A stretch of DNA of 64,000 nt from Harriotta raleighana (lineage: Eukaryota), in contig JBNZDD010013726.1 in NCBI GenBank assembly GCA_050575255.1, forward strand, positions 3,045,763 through 3,109,762, in the 5' to 3' direction. The notes beneath the pieces are model-generated. The model was not told where the DNA came from and ran no database searches. It saw only the letters and a list, made by a program, of their open reading frames with translations. This document shows positions 25,796-39,200 of this stretch, in pieces; position 1 is the stretch's first letter, and each line of letters starts with the position of its first letter. The position numbers were made by a program, and so were the translations under genes.

Positions 25796-28650
25796 AGCTA
25801 GATAAACCCTGTTAGTAAGATTTTCCATTGCAGGATACCCTGCAGGATAAAAGTTTTATCATCCTAGACTTGGCAACTATTTGCTTTTACCTGGTCCACT
25901 TTTAACTCACTAAGGAACTGATTCTAAAAGATAGCTCCTACAGACCTGACTGATGCAACGATTAGCTACTGTCTCGACATTTTGAACATTTAGAGTTTCT
26001 TGAAACGGTTCATTATTGTGATTTGTGGCATTTTGGTTTGGAAGAAAGTTTTGCTCAAAATACAGGGGAAAATTTCCAGGGTGGAGAAGAGCAGGACAAG
26101 AAAAGATTAGCTGCTGTGCAATTTATGAATCTGTAATAATCTGGATGTTAATCAGTCATCAGTAAAGGATTATTTGTGTCATGACTAGTGGGATTTCTAA
26201 CAAATTCCCAAAGCAACTGTGGAACAGTTTGTTGCACTATCTTTAAAATAGCGAATACAAACGACTTATATTTCAATTAAACTGCATGAATCTGTTGTAG
26301 CAGGAAGGAAGACCATTTTTCCAATGAATAGAAAGAGCCTTAACAGAACAGACAGATGGTTATCTTGCTTTAAAAGTAGGTAATCTAGTGATTACATTGT
26401 TTGCTTTGAATGAAAATCTTAAAAATAAATTGAAGTTAAATTTTTTGGAAAGTATGGTTTCTATAATACTGCAAGTTATACAGTAAAGTTTTGTATTATA
26501 ATACCTGTTTTACTGTACTTATTATTATTATTATTTGAAAGAGATGAAGTCTGAGGCAGTTTAAAAATGGAAAAGGGTTCTTTCAAGTTAGTTTAATTCT
26601 TCTCTCTCCACTGGTAATGTTGTTTGCCAGAATCTTAGTGAGTACAACCCGAAAGAATAGTCCAGTTCTTCTCCATACAGCTGTCTGTAAGCAAAACCTG
26701 GAAAGAAATTATATTCTTTGTTTATTTGATGGAATATAAATCCTGGGTTTTGAGTAAATCGATGATTGCACTGACACTGACATTAGTTATCAAACATGCT
26801 ACCTTTTCTGTTAATTAGTTCAGAATATCTTTAAATTATTATTATATATTTAATATCAATGGCTGCAATAAAATGCTAAGTTTGAATCCAAATCAAACCG
26901 ATGGGGTGATATTCTTTTTACCATGAAAATCTACAGTTTGAGTGAAAATGTTCCCATATTGGCTTGCACTGTGAATAGATTGAGAGTCTCAAAATCCAGT
27001 TTCAGGGATTACAAGACTATGCACACAAGTTTGCACAATCTCTGTGTAATTGCATCACTAAAATAGATGCTGAACTGTAGGTTGTCATGGTAGAAATAAT
27101 TTTTGACTTCACATTGAAATTGTTGACAGATAAATGAAAGAAGCTGTATCATTTGTTGCAACTCAAGCATCAAATATACCATTTAATCCTTTGGTTTAAT
27201 GACTGTCCAGAATTATTTTTAGTAATGTATTACATTAAATATGATGATCTCTCCATCAATCAGTTATATATAACTTTTCAGTTTCTAAATCATATGCAAG
27301 TCCCAGAGGTTCTCAACAGCTGTATTTCCCAGGAAACAAATTCAGCTAAATATTGTAATTTGAGCAGAAAACAAAATTTTAGTTAAATTGCAGAAATTGG
27401 TAAATATTCATTCATTTGATAGAAAACCAAACCTTTAGAGGTTTATAGTAAACCTTTATTTTTGAGATGTGATGTAAAAATTGCAATTCTTATATCAGAA
27501 ATTGTGAACTTGTGTGAAAATGAGCACCAGGTAATTCACATATTATGGGATGTGCAGTTTTAAGATTCAAAATAGGGATATGTTGGTGCAACCACTTTAA
27601 ATGTCTTAAAGCAAGCATTCTGGTACCAGTGTAGTGAGGGCAAAGGGGAGTCAGCAAGCTCCAAGTAGCTCTATAAGGTTGCATGCTGGTCGAAGTAAGC
27701 ATTTTGATTGGCAGAAGCCAGGAAGCAAGTTGCCATTATCTCCAGCAGGGATGGGATTTACACAGAGAAACTAAGTGGACAAAAAATTAGAGAACCCACA
27801 CTTAAAAAAGTGTCTCAAAATCATTATTGTAGGAACTCCCAGATAAGATTGTTCTGTTTGTTTCCTTTTGCACTGTAAAATCATCACAAAAGGCATGGTT
27901 AAGGGATAAGCATTACTGAGAACTGATTATATCCATCACTGAATAAGATTTCAGTAGAGTATGACTGCTCAACAATTTGGATCATAAAACCTTTTAGCTT
28001 CACTCTGTCACATTTGTAAACATTGGTGATTTGAGCAGGACTAAACAAATTTAAACCATAATATGTCATTTAGTTTTTGAAGTTTAGTTTTTGTAAAACT
28101 ATTTTAAATTGTCAAATTAACAAAAGGTACATTATTCATAGATATTGTCGATTTTATTTTAGCGATTGCCTGCTAACATGCAAATGTAAAGTAAAATTTA
28201 AGTTAAGCAAAAGAGTTAAGATGTTATGGAGGCTTCAGATTGCATTATTCAGCAAGCACCAAGATGCATCAGGACAGCACAAAGTGACACGTAAATGTCA
28301 TGATAAGTGTCCTGTTGTGGTGTTCTATATTTTAGAATAACCAACCTGAATTATGCATACAAGTTATGTGTAAATGTCATAATGGCAGCCTGAATGCTCT
28401 GATTCTTTTTTGTTCAGTGTTGCCCAGGTCCTTGCAGATTTTTAATTTGCTAAATATAAATAATTCTGTGTTATAAATGTCATGCTCCATGCAAGTGCAA
28501 TATTTTGCTCATAATGAAATGAGGTATAAATAATACTTATATATAGATATATAGATATGCAAAATGAACTATAAACTGAAATACTGAATTTGCATAATGG
28601 AGAAAAATATAAATAAGAAATTGCACTTTAAATAATTTTATGTGTTCATT
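25796..28650 (+). other. CCSER2: Probable CCSER2 3' UTR (end approximate)
   Basis: AU-rich stretch after the stop codon with no recognised repeats, many miRNA seed matches, and AATAAA at 26867-26872. The distal end is inferred. Confidence 0.55.
26867..26872 (+). promoter_or_regulatory. Candidate polyadenylation signal AATAAA
   Basis: Canonical hexamer ~1.07 kb after the long-frame stop; usage not demonstrated. Confidence 0.4.
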
Positions 28651-29585
28651 CAGTTGTGCCTATGCTAGAAAAAGTCTGCTCTGATGTGGGATTAAAAATT
28701 CTCTGCATTCATTCAGTAAATATCTGTTAGCTGGATCCTAAGTATTGTTTTCATTGATTAGCAACTTGACAATTCCCAGCAGGTATATTTTTATTATGTA
28801 ATTGACGAGGTCTTCTAACTTTTTTTTAATTCACACTGTGCCATTGTATTAACCCCTCTACAGAATATTAGAGATTTGATTTTATTCCCCCCACTCCAAA
28901 ACTGTAAAGTTAGTCCAACCCAGAATATTTGAAAAGTTAGCAGGAAAGAAAAGTACAGTACAATGAAAATTGAGGTCACATCAATTATTAGCAATAAGAT
29001 ATTTTATGTTTGTGATGACATGTACAAGACCAGATTTTATTTTCAAAATTCAGCCCACCGTTTTCAGTTTGACTATTTCTGCAGGCAGTGCCACATCCTG
29101 ACTACGTCTTGACTATCTGCTCAGCCTCTATAGTCCCTGTTAAGTCTGGACCATTTGCACCATTTGCAGTCTCAGATAACACTATTTACTTTGAGACTTA
29201 TAAAATTAAATGCCCCCCCTGCCGATCAAAGACTCTGGCAATGAACTATTTTTTTCTTCTATAAAGGCAATTACTTGCAGTTCTATTTTTGAGCCTATAT
29301 TTTGGGGTTATTACAAATGTTGCATTTCAGACTTCAAAGGATCAGACAAAATAAACAGAACAAGCACAAGTCATTCCAAAATAATTATTATACAAAGTTT
29401 CTAAAGTGGAGCCGTTTCAACCATGATTTGGGGGAAATCTTCATTTTATTATCCTTGGAGGAATTTATTGGCTTTCAGAAATATTTTCAAATACTTATCA
29501 ACTGTATTCACTAATTTAATTTAATTTAATTATATCTATAATAGACTTATTGCTGGTACACTCTTCAGCTTCACTTTATTATAAA

Positions 29586-29815
29586 ATCGCATAGACTCTA
29601 CAACACGAAACAACAAGAACAATAAAATTACACTTGTATAGTGCCTTTCACGTCAGGAGGACGTCCCAAAACAGGCCATTTGGCCCAACTAGTCATGCCG
29701 GGATTTATACAACAACAAAAAATTACATTTATGGAACACCTTTCACGGCAGGAGAATGTCCCAAATAGCCCTACCAGGCCCCTCTTCCATACATCACTAT
29801 TCCCTACTCCCTCAA
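29586..29815 (-). mobile_element. CR1-type 3' end interrupted by two ~60-bp L2 tails
   Basis: catagactctacaacacgaaa[L2 tail]caggccatttggcccaac...ttatac[L2 tail]tagccc. Confidence 0.6.
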
Positions 29816-29927
29816 ATATTTCAATTATATAGATCTGACTGACTCATGTATATTTTATGTTTTATTAGAAGATTTCACTCTTGTGCATACTTTCTACACA
29901 TTGAATGATAGGCCTGTAAATAGTCAA

Positions 29928-29996
29928 TACAACAACAATAACNACAAGCTTACATTTATACAGCGCTTTTCATGTCGGAAGGATGTCCCAAGGCGC
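29928..29996 (-). mobile_element. Solo L2 3' tail
   Basis: (aac)n...acatttatacagcgcttttcatgtcggaaggatgtcccaaggcgc. Confidence 0.8.
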
Positions 29997-30285
29997 AATA
30001 TAAAGTGACTTGCATTCCATTTCCTGTTTATTCATTAGGAGAGTTCCCTGCTATGACTTCTCAAAGTAGCCCAGTCAATCCTGCAAACAAAGTCATGGGA
30101 ATGAATCTCTCTTATCACATTGCGCAGCTTGGGGTAATGTTATTCCACTAGAAATTTGCAAGTTTCATCTCATAATTCACAAGATCTATATAATAAACTG
30201 TATTATATATTTCTAGTAAGGACACTTCGAACTTATTTCAAATTGATGTTGTCGGCTTATATTTTTCTTTTTTTTCTTTTACAAC

Positions 30286-30392
30286 TTCGCCCTCAAATAT
30301 ACAGTCAATTCACTTCAGTATATTTTGTGAAGCTCTTTGAGACGTCTAGAACATGTGATAAGGCACAGTATCAAATGTAAAAATTATTATTG
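30286..30392 (+). mobile_element. tRNA-SINE 3' fragment
   Basis: Matches the SINE tail consensus. Confidence 0.8.
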
Positions 30393-32204
30393 TTAGTATA
30401 ATACTTACAAAACAACATTGTGGCAGTACTGTGGCATTTTCCCTTCTTTCATTGCTTGACCAATGGTATCATACTGGCTCTTAAGAAAAAACAGTCTCAC
30501 ATCTTCATCTACTTGTCTTCATGACATTTCTGTCTGCTGTCCTTTCTTCAATATTTATACAGTGTAGCATGCACAAACTCTGTTCCTGGCTTTGTACTCT
30601 GGCTTTGAGACTTCATCTCACCTGCAGCCTAACAAAAGACATGTGACTCACATCACTAAAGACCTTGTTTACATTGATATCTCAACGTGCTGCCCAAAAT
30701 ACCTCTAATTGAAAGCTGGCTCAGTACTTCATAAGATATTAGTCCCATCTCATATATTGTAGCATTCTGCCATAAAAATGCAGCAATTGGAGTTCCCCCC
30801 CCTACCAAAAAAATCTCAACTGTGGAATAAATTCTGTTGGAGAACACTTAATTGCTGCATCAAGTTATTGAATATAGGTGAATAACCACGCTTGCAAATA
30901 AATAGCTGGAGGGAAAATTGATGGAGATTAATATAAATGAGAAGCCCTTATTCTACAGGAATGGCTAATCAATGCACCCATGGAATAATGCAAAATTAAG
31001 AGGTTTATGTATTAGACATCGAATAACATGCAAATACTATTATTCTAACTCTCACCTGACCACAACGCCCCAAAACAAGAACTATCTCTGCTGATGGAAT
31101 GTATTATGTTACTGACGCTTCATATCTCTCCAATTCAACTGCCTTAGTAACCCAGTTAGTGGCTTTACACTTCACTTAAACTTGAAAATTCAAACCATAT
31201 CAGAGCCTATTATAGTGCAGTACAGATATTTTGTTTCCAATAGAAAACTGCTACTGACCTTTTGCGTTCTTGTGAAACATGATCAAAGGACAAAGTATGG
31301 GCAAGAGAGCATCACTTCAGATATTGTTAAACTAGAAGTCAGTTTGACCTCAGAATTGATTAAATTGACCCAATTGATGCAAACAGATCTGACAGACTAA
31401 AGTGTCATGCAACCCCCAAACATCTGCAGCAGAAATCCTTAGGCAGTGATAAAGCCTATTTTTCAATATCCCCCGTGACCCTTTGTTATATTGTTCATGT
31501 ACAATGTCAATGTCACATGCTAGAAATTCGAGTTTTTTTTCTGTTGTGAAGTTTCCTTGCATGGATTGCAAGGCTGTAAAAAGGGGTAGGAAGGAGGTAG
31601 AATACAGCTTATGGCTTTAGTCAGTGAACAGGATTTTTGGTTTAATAAATTCCAAGTTTCATCTAGAAAACTCGAGATATATTTGTTGTGACCTAAAAAT
31701 GGGAACTAAAATGTGCATAAACCATTGTGAAATTATTTGGTTTCCCTTCATGACAATGCAAGTACCGTAGGTACAATATGAAACAGGAACAAAGCCATTT
31801 ATTAAAGTGTCAGCGGCCTCTTACTTTAAAACATTGGGAAGGCGATCCACATCCTTTATACATTATATAGGTGGAGAGGAGCAATTATGGAAAAACAAAT
31901 CCTCATCTAATACTATATGTCTTGTTGTGTAGCAACAAATGTTCAGTAGTAAGACTCTGGGTCTTTAGCCCCTTTCATACAACAAACCGTTTTTTAACAG
32001 TAGCGCCTTTATTTCCAAATATATCTCAACAGTAAAGGCAGATAAGATTTCATAATGCATACCTACATATTGTGAAATATTTCACCAGCCCAGGGAATAT
32101 GATCAAGCAGCAAATGGCAAACCCCAATCTGCATTTTAGCTGTGTTCTCGAAGATTGAATTCTTCTCACAATAGTGCACAGTATTTTACAGTTCCAATTT
32201 TTGC

Positions 32205-32261
32205 AAACAACAACAAAATTACATTTATAGAGCACCTTTCACATCAGGAGGATGTCCCAAC
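32205..32261 (-). mobile_element. Solo L2 3' tail
   Basis: (aac)n aaaattacatttatagagcacctttcacatcaggaggatgtccca. Confidence 0.8.
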
Positions 32262-35200
32262 AGTATTGGAACTGGATAGGTAGGAGTTTCTTTTTAATTT
32301 ATGTCACAGTAAGCCTATTGGCTATGCTTAGATTTCATTGTGTGAGTTAATGCAGAATCAAGTTTACAGATGTTCATGCAGCATTTCCATTACCTTCAAC
32401 AATGCTGTCACAGCTACAAAAGAGGGATTTGCTCCTCTTCCCCTGTATACCGGGGTAATGGAAACACATTAGGCTTGAAAAAAATCCCACTCAAGAGGCA
32501 TAACTTTTTAACATGCTGCATGTTATTTAATGCAACAGAAAATATGCTGATAATGTTGTTTGAAAAATGAATGGATTCAGTGACGTGTTTACACAGAGCA
32601 CATATATCTGGGTTTGTTTTATGTGATTATGGGAATAGAAAATCCAAATTCTAAGGATGTTGCCAAAAGGTCATTATTCAGGAGATAAATCATTGGGCTA
32701 AAAGTCACAGAATAAGTGAATGCCAATATTGTTTTAGGAGTTCTGTATTAAAGGAAGTGATTGCACCAGTTTCCCCTACATGAAGAAAATGTGTGATCCT
32801 GGCACTTTGTGGAGCATCGTTTCATTGGGAAAAGTTTGAAGCTTACTTGAGCTGATCCTTAACTATAAACTTCTCATTGTAGCATTTATCAGACTCAAAT
32901 TAATTAAACTAAAATTAAAGATATCCTTAAAATCCAAATTATTTCACTGTTTTTCCCCCAAGGTCATGTATAAAACACCTGTTTTTAAAACAAAAATGCT
33001 CATGTATTAATGCTGACTTTGGAAATAATGAGCTTGAAAAACTCAATTTTGCTCAAGTTGCCTTGTGGAAGATATTTCATTCGTCATTTTATTCACTAGC
33101 AGGTGATTAATATATCTATTATTCTGTCATAACATCCTTCTACAGAAATTGCCACTGATAAGCAATGGGAATGCAAGAGAATACATAGTAGTACTGTTCA
33201 CAATACTGCAGGCATTCATATTTACTGTCACTGGGAATNTGATAAGCAATGGGAATGCAAGAGAATACATAGTACTGTTCACAATACTGCAGGCATTCAT
33301 ATTTACTGTCACTGGGAATATGAGAAGATAAACAGACTAGCCCTAAATGTGTGGTTTAAAGTAAACACAGGCACATTTCTGATGGAGAACATGTTCCAAA
33401 TTATATCATAATTCAGCCAAAATAAGTGACTATAGTATATGCTCACTTTGAACATTTGAAAGCACTGCATGTTACCATAACAACTCCCTCACCATACCTG
33501 CATTGAGCCTTTCTGGAATATCAACACTAAAAAAGCTATTCCATGCATAAAATATGGGTTTGATCCACAATAAACCACCTAAATAAAGAACTAACCAAAT
33601 GGGTCCACCAAGGTACAGTACTAATCCTGGACACTCATAGTCTTGTCGCTGCATCCTCTTAAACCACCTGACATGCAATTTATGTCATGAGCACTACAAA
33701 ATGTCCCTAAGCATTTTGGAGTCTTACTAAATGTTATTTCATTAGCATGCGTCAAGTAGAGTCCTTCCTACAGGATCAAAAAAAGACGTAGAGGCTGTAT
33801 CTATCACTTGTGATTTGCACAGCATCTTTTTGTGGTACAAAAGTATTGTTAATAGCTTTCTTTGTTCCTAACACTCATGTATTTGTTTGAACTAAGTAAT
33901 AAGCATGCTAAGCCGCAGTAACCCTACTGCAAATTGCACACTCACATTGACTCATTTTCAAGGTGCACTGTGTTTTGTCATCATGATTTACTTCACTGAT
34001 GAAGTTCATGTTAAATCATATTGCTTTCAAGTGAATTTCCTTCATAAAATCTCAGTCGATAGCTTAGAGAATGTGTTTTGTTGAATTTTCAATCTGTTTT
34101 TGTGTTGGAATGGTTTGTTTTGACCAACAAGCCTATTTGAATTCCCCGCTCTCACATGTATGCTTGCAGTGTGTCTGCTACCTCCCTGTCAGCTTGTGCT
34201 AAACTACTTCGTAAACTAGTGTATGCTTAAGCATTTGTGAATGGAAACAAATCTTGAATTTATCTCAACCTTGTCTCAATAAACATGGAGAATCCATCTT
34301 CTTCCTCTTATTTCAAGCATACCAATTAACTTCCTTCGTGCATTACCAGCTAAATATAAAAATATATGTATCTGAATTGATCCCCTATAGAGCTCATAAC
34401 ATCTAGACATATGGACCAAAGTCCGGGATTTTATGGGGGATGGAAAAGAACAAACATTGCACAAGTGTAGTTCTAAAATGATAAAAAGAAACTCACACTT
34501 GATTTCAAAATACGCCATGGGGCTTAACAATTGGAATGCTATGAAGTGGAAAAGAATGCAAACACCTCAAAACTCAGTGAGAGTATATATTGATGCCTAG
34601 GAAATGCTTTTTAAAGCATTCATGAAAATTCAAGCATTTGATAAACGTTTATAAATTCAATTTCCACGAGAGGAAAAGGATTTATTAATCAACTAGCAGA
34701 CGTACATTGTGCTTGCTACTCTTATGTATCGCATCATTTCATGTATATACTTCATTTACTTAAGTACTGCATTGTTCAGGGAATGAATAAAGCCTGAAAA
34801 AGCCTTATATGGATTAAGTGATTATGCTCACCTTGAAATTGTCATAGCAGGGAAGAAGAGTTAATCTATGAAATGTTTGGGGTGTTGTTCATGACAAATG
34901 TTTCCAAGAAAAAATGGAAGTTATACAACATTACTGTCTATCAGCATATTTTCCATGAATTCCGTTATTTTTAGTGGAATCTAGTAGGAATTTTCTCAGC
35001 AAGTTTTTGTTAAACTTTTTCTTTTCCAAATATACAGTGTGTACCACTCCACTGTGAAATTGTAACAACACTGTAAGGACATTTCATTGATGTGAAGTTC
35101 CTCATCATTCGGATATAGTTCGTCTTTTATGGCAATGCAGTAGAGTCTGTAAATGATACGACTGATGAAAATATTTCAGATGCAAAACTAGGCAGATAGA

Positions 35201-37306
35201 AACAATTGAATGGAATGAACACTGCATAGTGCTCCACAGAGATTTTGCTCAGTATTCATTTGATTTTTAATTTGCACAAAGTATTTAAATTGCTGCACCC
35301 GGGATACTTGAGTTTCAATGTTAAATACTGTTCAAAAGTTGGAAAGGTTTCTACAGTATAAGCCCAAAGGAGAAACTTGTCCATCTTTTGGGTCGAGGAA
35401 ATATTAGCACTCATCGTCTACAACTGCAACTGAAATCTTGTTATTCCAGTTAAATTGGTCTTTTGGGCAGTTTTCTTGAGATGTACATTTTCGTTCAAAC
35501 GACTTGTAGAAAACAAAAAATTATAATTTGCTAAGTTATTTTCTTATTTTTCTCAGGTTGCAGAGCTGAAAAGCATAAATTGTCAACTTATTTCTCGACT
35601 TAAACTGGTACTGTACAATACAATACAATCCTAATGGGTAAAAGGAAATGTAAATGAATTCCCTGTATGATTTGACCTTTTATTTTGTCAGTCTTTCAAC
35701 TTAGTTTCAGGAACCATCCACATACAAAGGCATAGCATGAGTCAGCAACTAAGCATCCAGGGATTTAAAAATACTGCTCCATTGTCAGGACTGCAACACC
35801 TACAAATATTGGTCTGACATGACATATTAGAATATATTTTTCTGAATCCTTGAAAGCACAATCATATTCCTCTTTTTTTGTTGAATTGCTCTCTGATATC
35901 TTTTTTTAAATTTGGTATTCCAATTGGATATAATTCAAAAAGAACATTTTATTTTTAGAACAGTTGTTGCTATGGTAGTTAAAATCTCTTTAAAAACAGC
36001 ATGGGTTATGACAGCAGTCAATGTATTGATCTGGTGTTAAAATATTTTCAAGAGTATTATTACTTTTGAAGCTTTCAAGCAAAATTCATTAAGGACACCC
36101 CTATATTCCTGTTGCCTAATTTTATTACCATTTGATTGACTGGTTTGTCCAGCAGCAGGTTTCAGGCCTTCAATTTTGAAATTAAATAATCTATTACCCC
36201 TAACTCAGATTTCTATCAACTGTCTTTAAAATAACAGATTCTTTGTCTAATCTGATTTTTTTTATACACACACACACACAGACATTTGATGAGAAACATG
36301 ATTCACCCTGTGACTCAGGTCTACCATCACAAAGATATAACAGAGGCATTTAAATATACCATTCCATCAATTTAATAGTGATTCCGTCAGAATGTGCTAT
36401 GCAGCCCTACAAAAGTGAAGACCAGCACAATCTCAAACTGATTTTTAACTATGCTGGATTTGTACGGGGATGTGACTAACACTCCAAAGTGCTTGGGTGG
36501 CCCCTGATTCTCTTATTGCTCCACATTGAAAGGATGTTGGTACCTCTCCTGGAATACAAGGGAATTACAGCCCAGAGGTATTGTGATGTTGCACAAAACC
36601 TGGTAAACGACTAGTATTGATTTTTATGTTTGTAGGTCCTTAAAATTTCAGTCAGCTGTTTAGACTTAAATTTCACTTTGTTCTTTTTGTTGGAGCCCGG
36701 AGTTGACATTATTGATATCAGTTAAATTATACAAAGGACAAGGGGCAGTTAATACCACAAAATCAAGGCGCATGTAGCACTGTGTTTCATTGCTGTAACA
36801 GTTGTGTATGTCATGTTGCAAATAACATAATACGGCACAAATTACTGGTGTATATATTGATGTATTCAAAGTTGTAATTCAAATTTACCATGACCAGTGA
36901 GGTTGATGAAAAATGTATTTGAAACTGTTTGTTAATAGTGTTATTCTTTATGATTTCTTAAAATTAAAATTAATAAAAGGTAGCTCAGGTCATTTCTCTG
37001 TTCTCATTTTCTTTATTTAAAATCACAGGTGCGTACTAGGAGCAACAAATTAATGCAGAATCTAAAACATTCAAATTTTAGAAATATGTAGGTCATAAAT
37101 GGGTAATCTGGATAAGTGGATATAGAACCTTTTCACGATCAATTTTGTCTCCAGCAGGCTATACGAATATACACTCAAATAACAGCACATTAGTAATGGA
37201 TATTGTTTTGCTTTGTTTGATGATTTTCACAAACCAAATTCTGTCCATGGGGCAACTATTTCAACCACTCAAGTATCCATGGCACCCAGGCACTGATAAT
37301 ACAGTA

Positions 37307-37525
37307 CAGGCAGTCCTCAAGTTACGTCAGGGTTAGGTTCCTAAGATGTGGTGTAAGTCGAATTTGTATGTAAGTCGAGTCACCCCCTATAATGCTTACA
37401 GTAACATACAGTGATTGGTTGTAGTGTCGTAACTTCGAGACTTTGGATGTAACTCGGACGTAATTTTACTGATACTAAGCGTCGCAACTTCGAATTGTCG
37501 TACCTCGGAAATTGAGGACTGCCTG
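37307..37525. mobile_element. Tc1/mariner (pogo/Tigger-like) MITE, 219 bp
   Basis: Perfect 14-bp TIRs CAGGCAGTCCTCAA / TTGAGGACTGCCTG flanked by TA (37305-6, 37526-7); internal repeated gtaa(g/c)t(t)cg motifs. Confidence 0.85.
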
Positions 37526-37699
37526 TATCAAGTTCTGCCTAAGGAGATATTTAAGCTATATTTGACACAAGATTGTAAAAAATTCCTTCCTAAGTTGTCC
37601 CATCATTCATTTTTTTTAAATGGTACAGTGTATAGACTTTTCTACACGATACCCACAGAAAACTACTGCTTGTTTAATGCCAAACACATAAAAGAGCTA

Positions 37700-37900
37700 A
37701 TTTTCTGAAAGAACCTCTTTGAAAGGCGGACAAGGGAGGTGGAAGGATGACTGAATGGCACAGTCAAAGAGCAGGGTCATGAGAACATCTTTGAAGGAGG
37801 AAAAATAGAAGAGGTGAAGGGAATCCAGAATGGCGTTCCAGAGGTTGGAGGCAGAAAGGATAAAGCCCTGATCCACAGATGGTGGAGCAAGCAGAGTAAT
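37700..37900 (-). mobile_element. Degenerate L2 3' fragment
   Basis: gttccagaggttggaggcagaaaggataaagccc is shared with 40490-40530. Confidence 0.55.
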
Positions 37901-38003
37901 ATCCAGGAATAGCTGGATTCAGAACACATTCCTGGGTTCTTGGGTAAAGTATTAATTAATTTACTAAATCAATGTAAAACATTAATCTAGCTACTTTTTT
38001 AAT

Positions 38004-38057
38004 AGCTCTGAGATGCCGTCCAATGTTGAGGGCACTATATAAATCAAAGTTGTTGTT
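38004..38057 (+). mobile_element. Solo L2 3' tail
   Basis: gagggcactatataaatcaaagttgttgtt. Confidence 0.65.
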
Positions 38058-38298
38058 TAATAATTTCAAATAATATTAATTTAAATTGTTGTGCTTCGTT
38101 ATTAATAGTTATATTTCTAAAATTCCACCCAGTCTCCAAATAGACGTTTATTTTCAGATGAGAAACTACAGCAGTATACTACACTTAGTTGGTGACAACC
38201 TTATTTTTCTTTTCTGGTATTTGGCTGCTTTAGTTTCAGATGAGGTGACATTGTACACTCAGTCAAGGTTATTATCTGTACCTCATAAGTAAATACAA

Positions 38299-38363
38299 AA
38301 ACAACAACAACAAAATGACATTTACAAAGTGCCTTTCATGTCATGAGGACGTCCCAAGGCGCT
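38299..38363 (-). mobile_element. Solo L2 3' tail
   Basis: (aac)n...gtgcctttcatgtcatgaggacgtcccaaggcgctg. Confidence 0.8.
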
Positions 38364-39025
38364 GAATACTTACTACAGTATTTACTGGTAAGTTTTGAGA
38401 CATTCGAAGAACTGATTTTGTTTATTGAGTGGGTAGGTTTAGAATGCTTATTCCTGACAGATTTTCAAAAGCAAAAATTAAAAAAATTGTGTTGCCTTTC
38501 TCCTACAGAACATGAATGTATTTCATAGAAATTATATTAAATGGTTTGATTTTCACTCCACATTAATTTTTACCAATAAATTTAAAGTTTTTGAAATGAC
38601 CAATATTTTTGCAAAATGGATTCTTACTCAAAAGTTGATCAACTTTGCAAACAGCGTGATTTTCCACCACCTTGTGATTTCCTGACTTTTCTGGCATTAA
38701 ATAATCATTTTTTCTGAAGACTGTTGCAAATTGGAAGGTCTCTCTATCAGCTCTTCATGGAATTCGTATCTGGTTATGGCAAGTGTCCTGAAGGGTTGTG
38801 ATAAAATATTGTCTAGAAGACAATTGTATAACACACAGGGAGACCATTCAACTAATGACACCAGTGAAAGCTATTGATTTAGTCGTGCATTTCTGCCTTT
38901 TTTTTAACGTAATTCCCATATAAATTCCCTTTACTTCAACTACTATTTAAATAAATCATTCTGTTATACTAATAATAAATAAATTGATCACAAATCAATT
39001 CTATTATACAAATAAAAATAAATAA

Positions 39026-39200
39026 ATAAATTGGTCACTTTTAATCCACGACTGTTGGTGGGACACTGCTATCCGCAATTGGCTGCCATGTTTCGCCCAC
39101 AAAATATATAGTCAATTCATTGCAGTATATTCTGAGATGTTTCGAAGACATGATAAGATGCTATATAAAATGCAAGGATTGTTATTAATATTTATTATTA
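39026..39200 (+). mobile_element. tRNA-SINE 3' half
   Basis: Matches the SINE body and tail. Confidence 0.85.

Noticed and set aside
29609-29996. CRISPR-like repeat-spacer pattern
   Set aside because: The repeats are diverged L2 retroposon tails with irregular spacing in a vertebrate genome, and there are no cas genes.
35540-37035. Acceptor-like sites at ~35556 and ~37028
   Set aside because: No coding frame or partner exons were identified.
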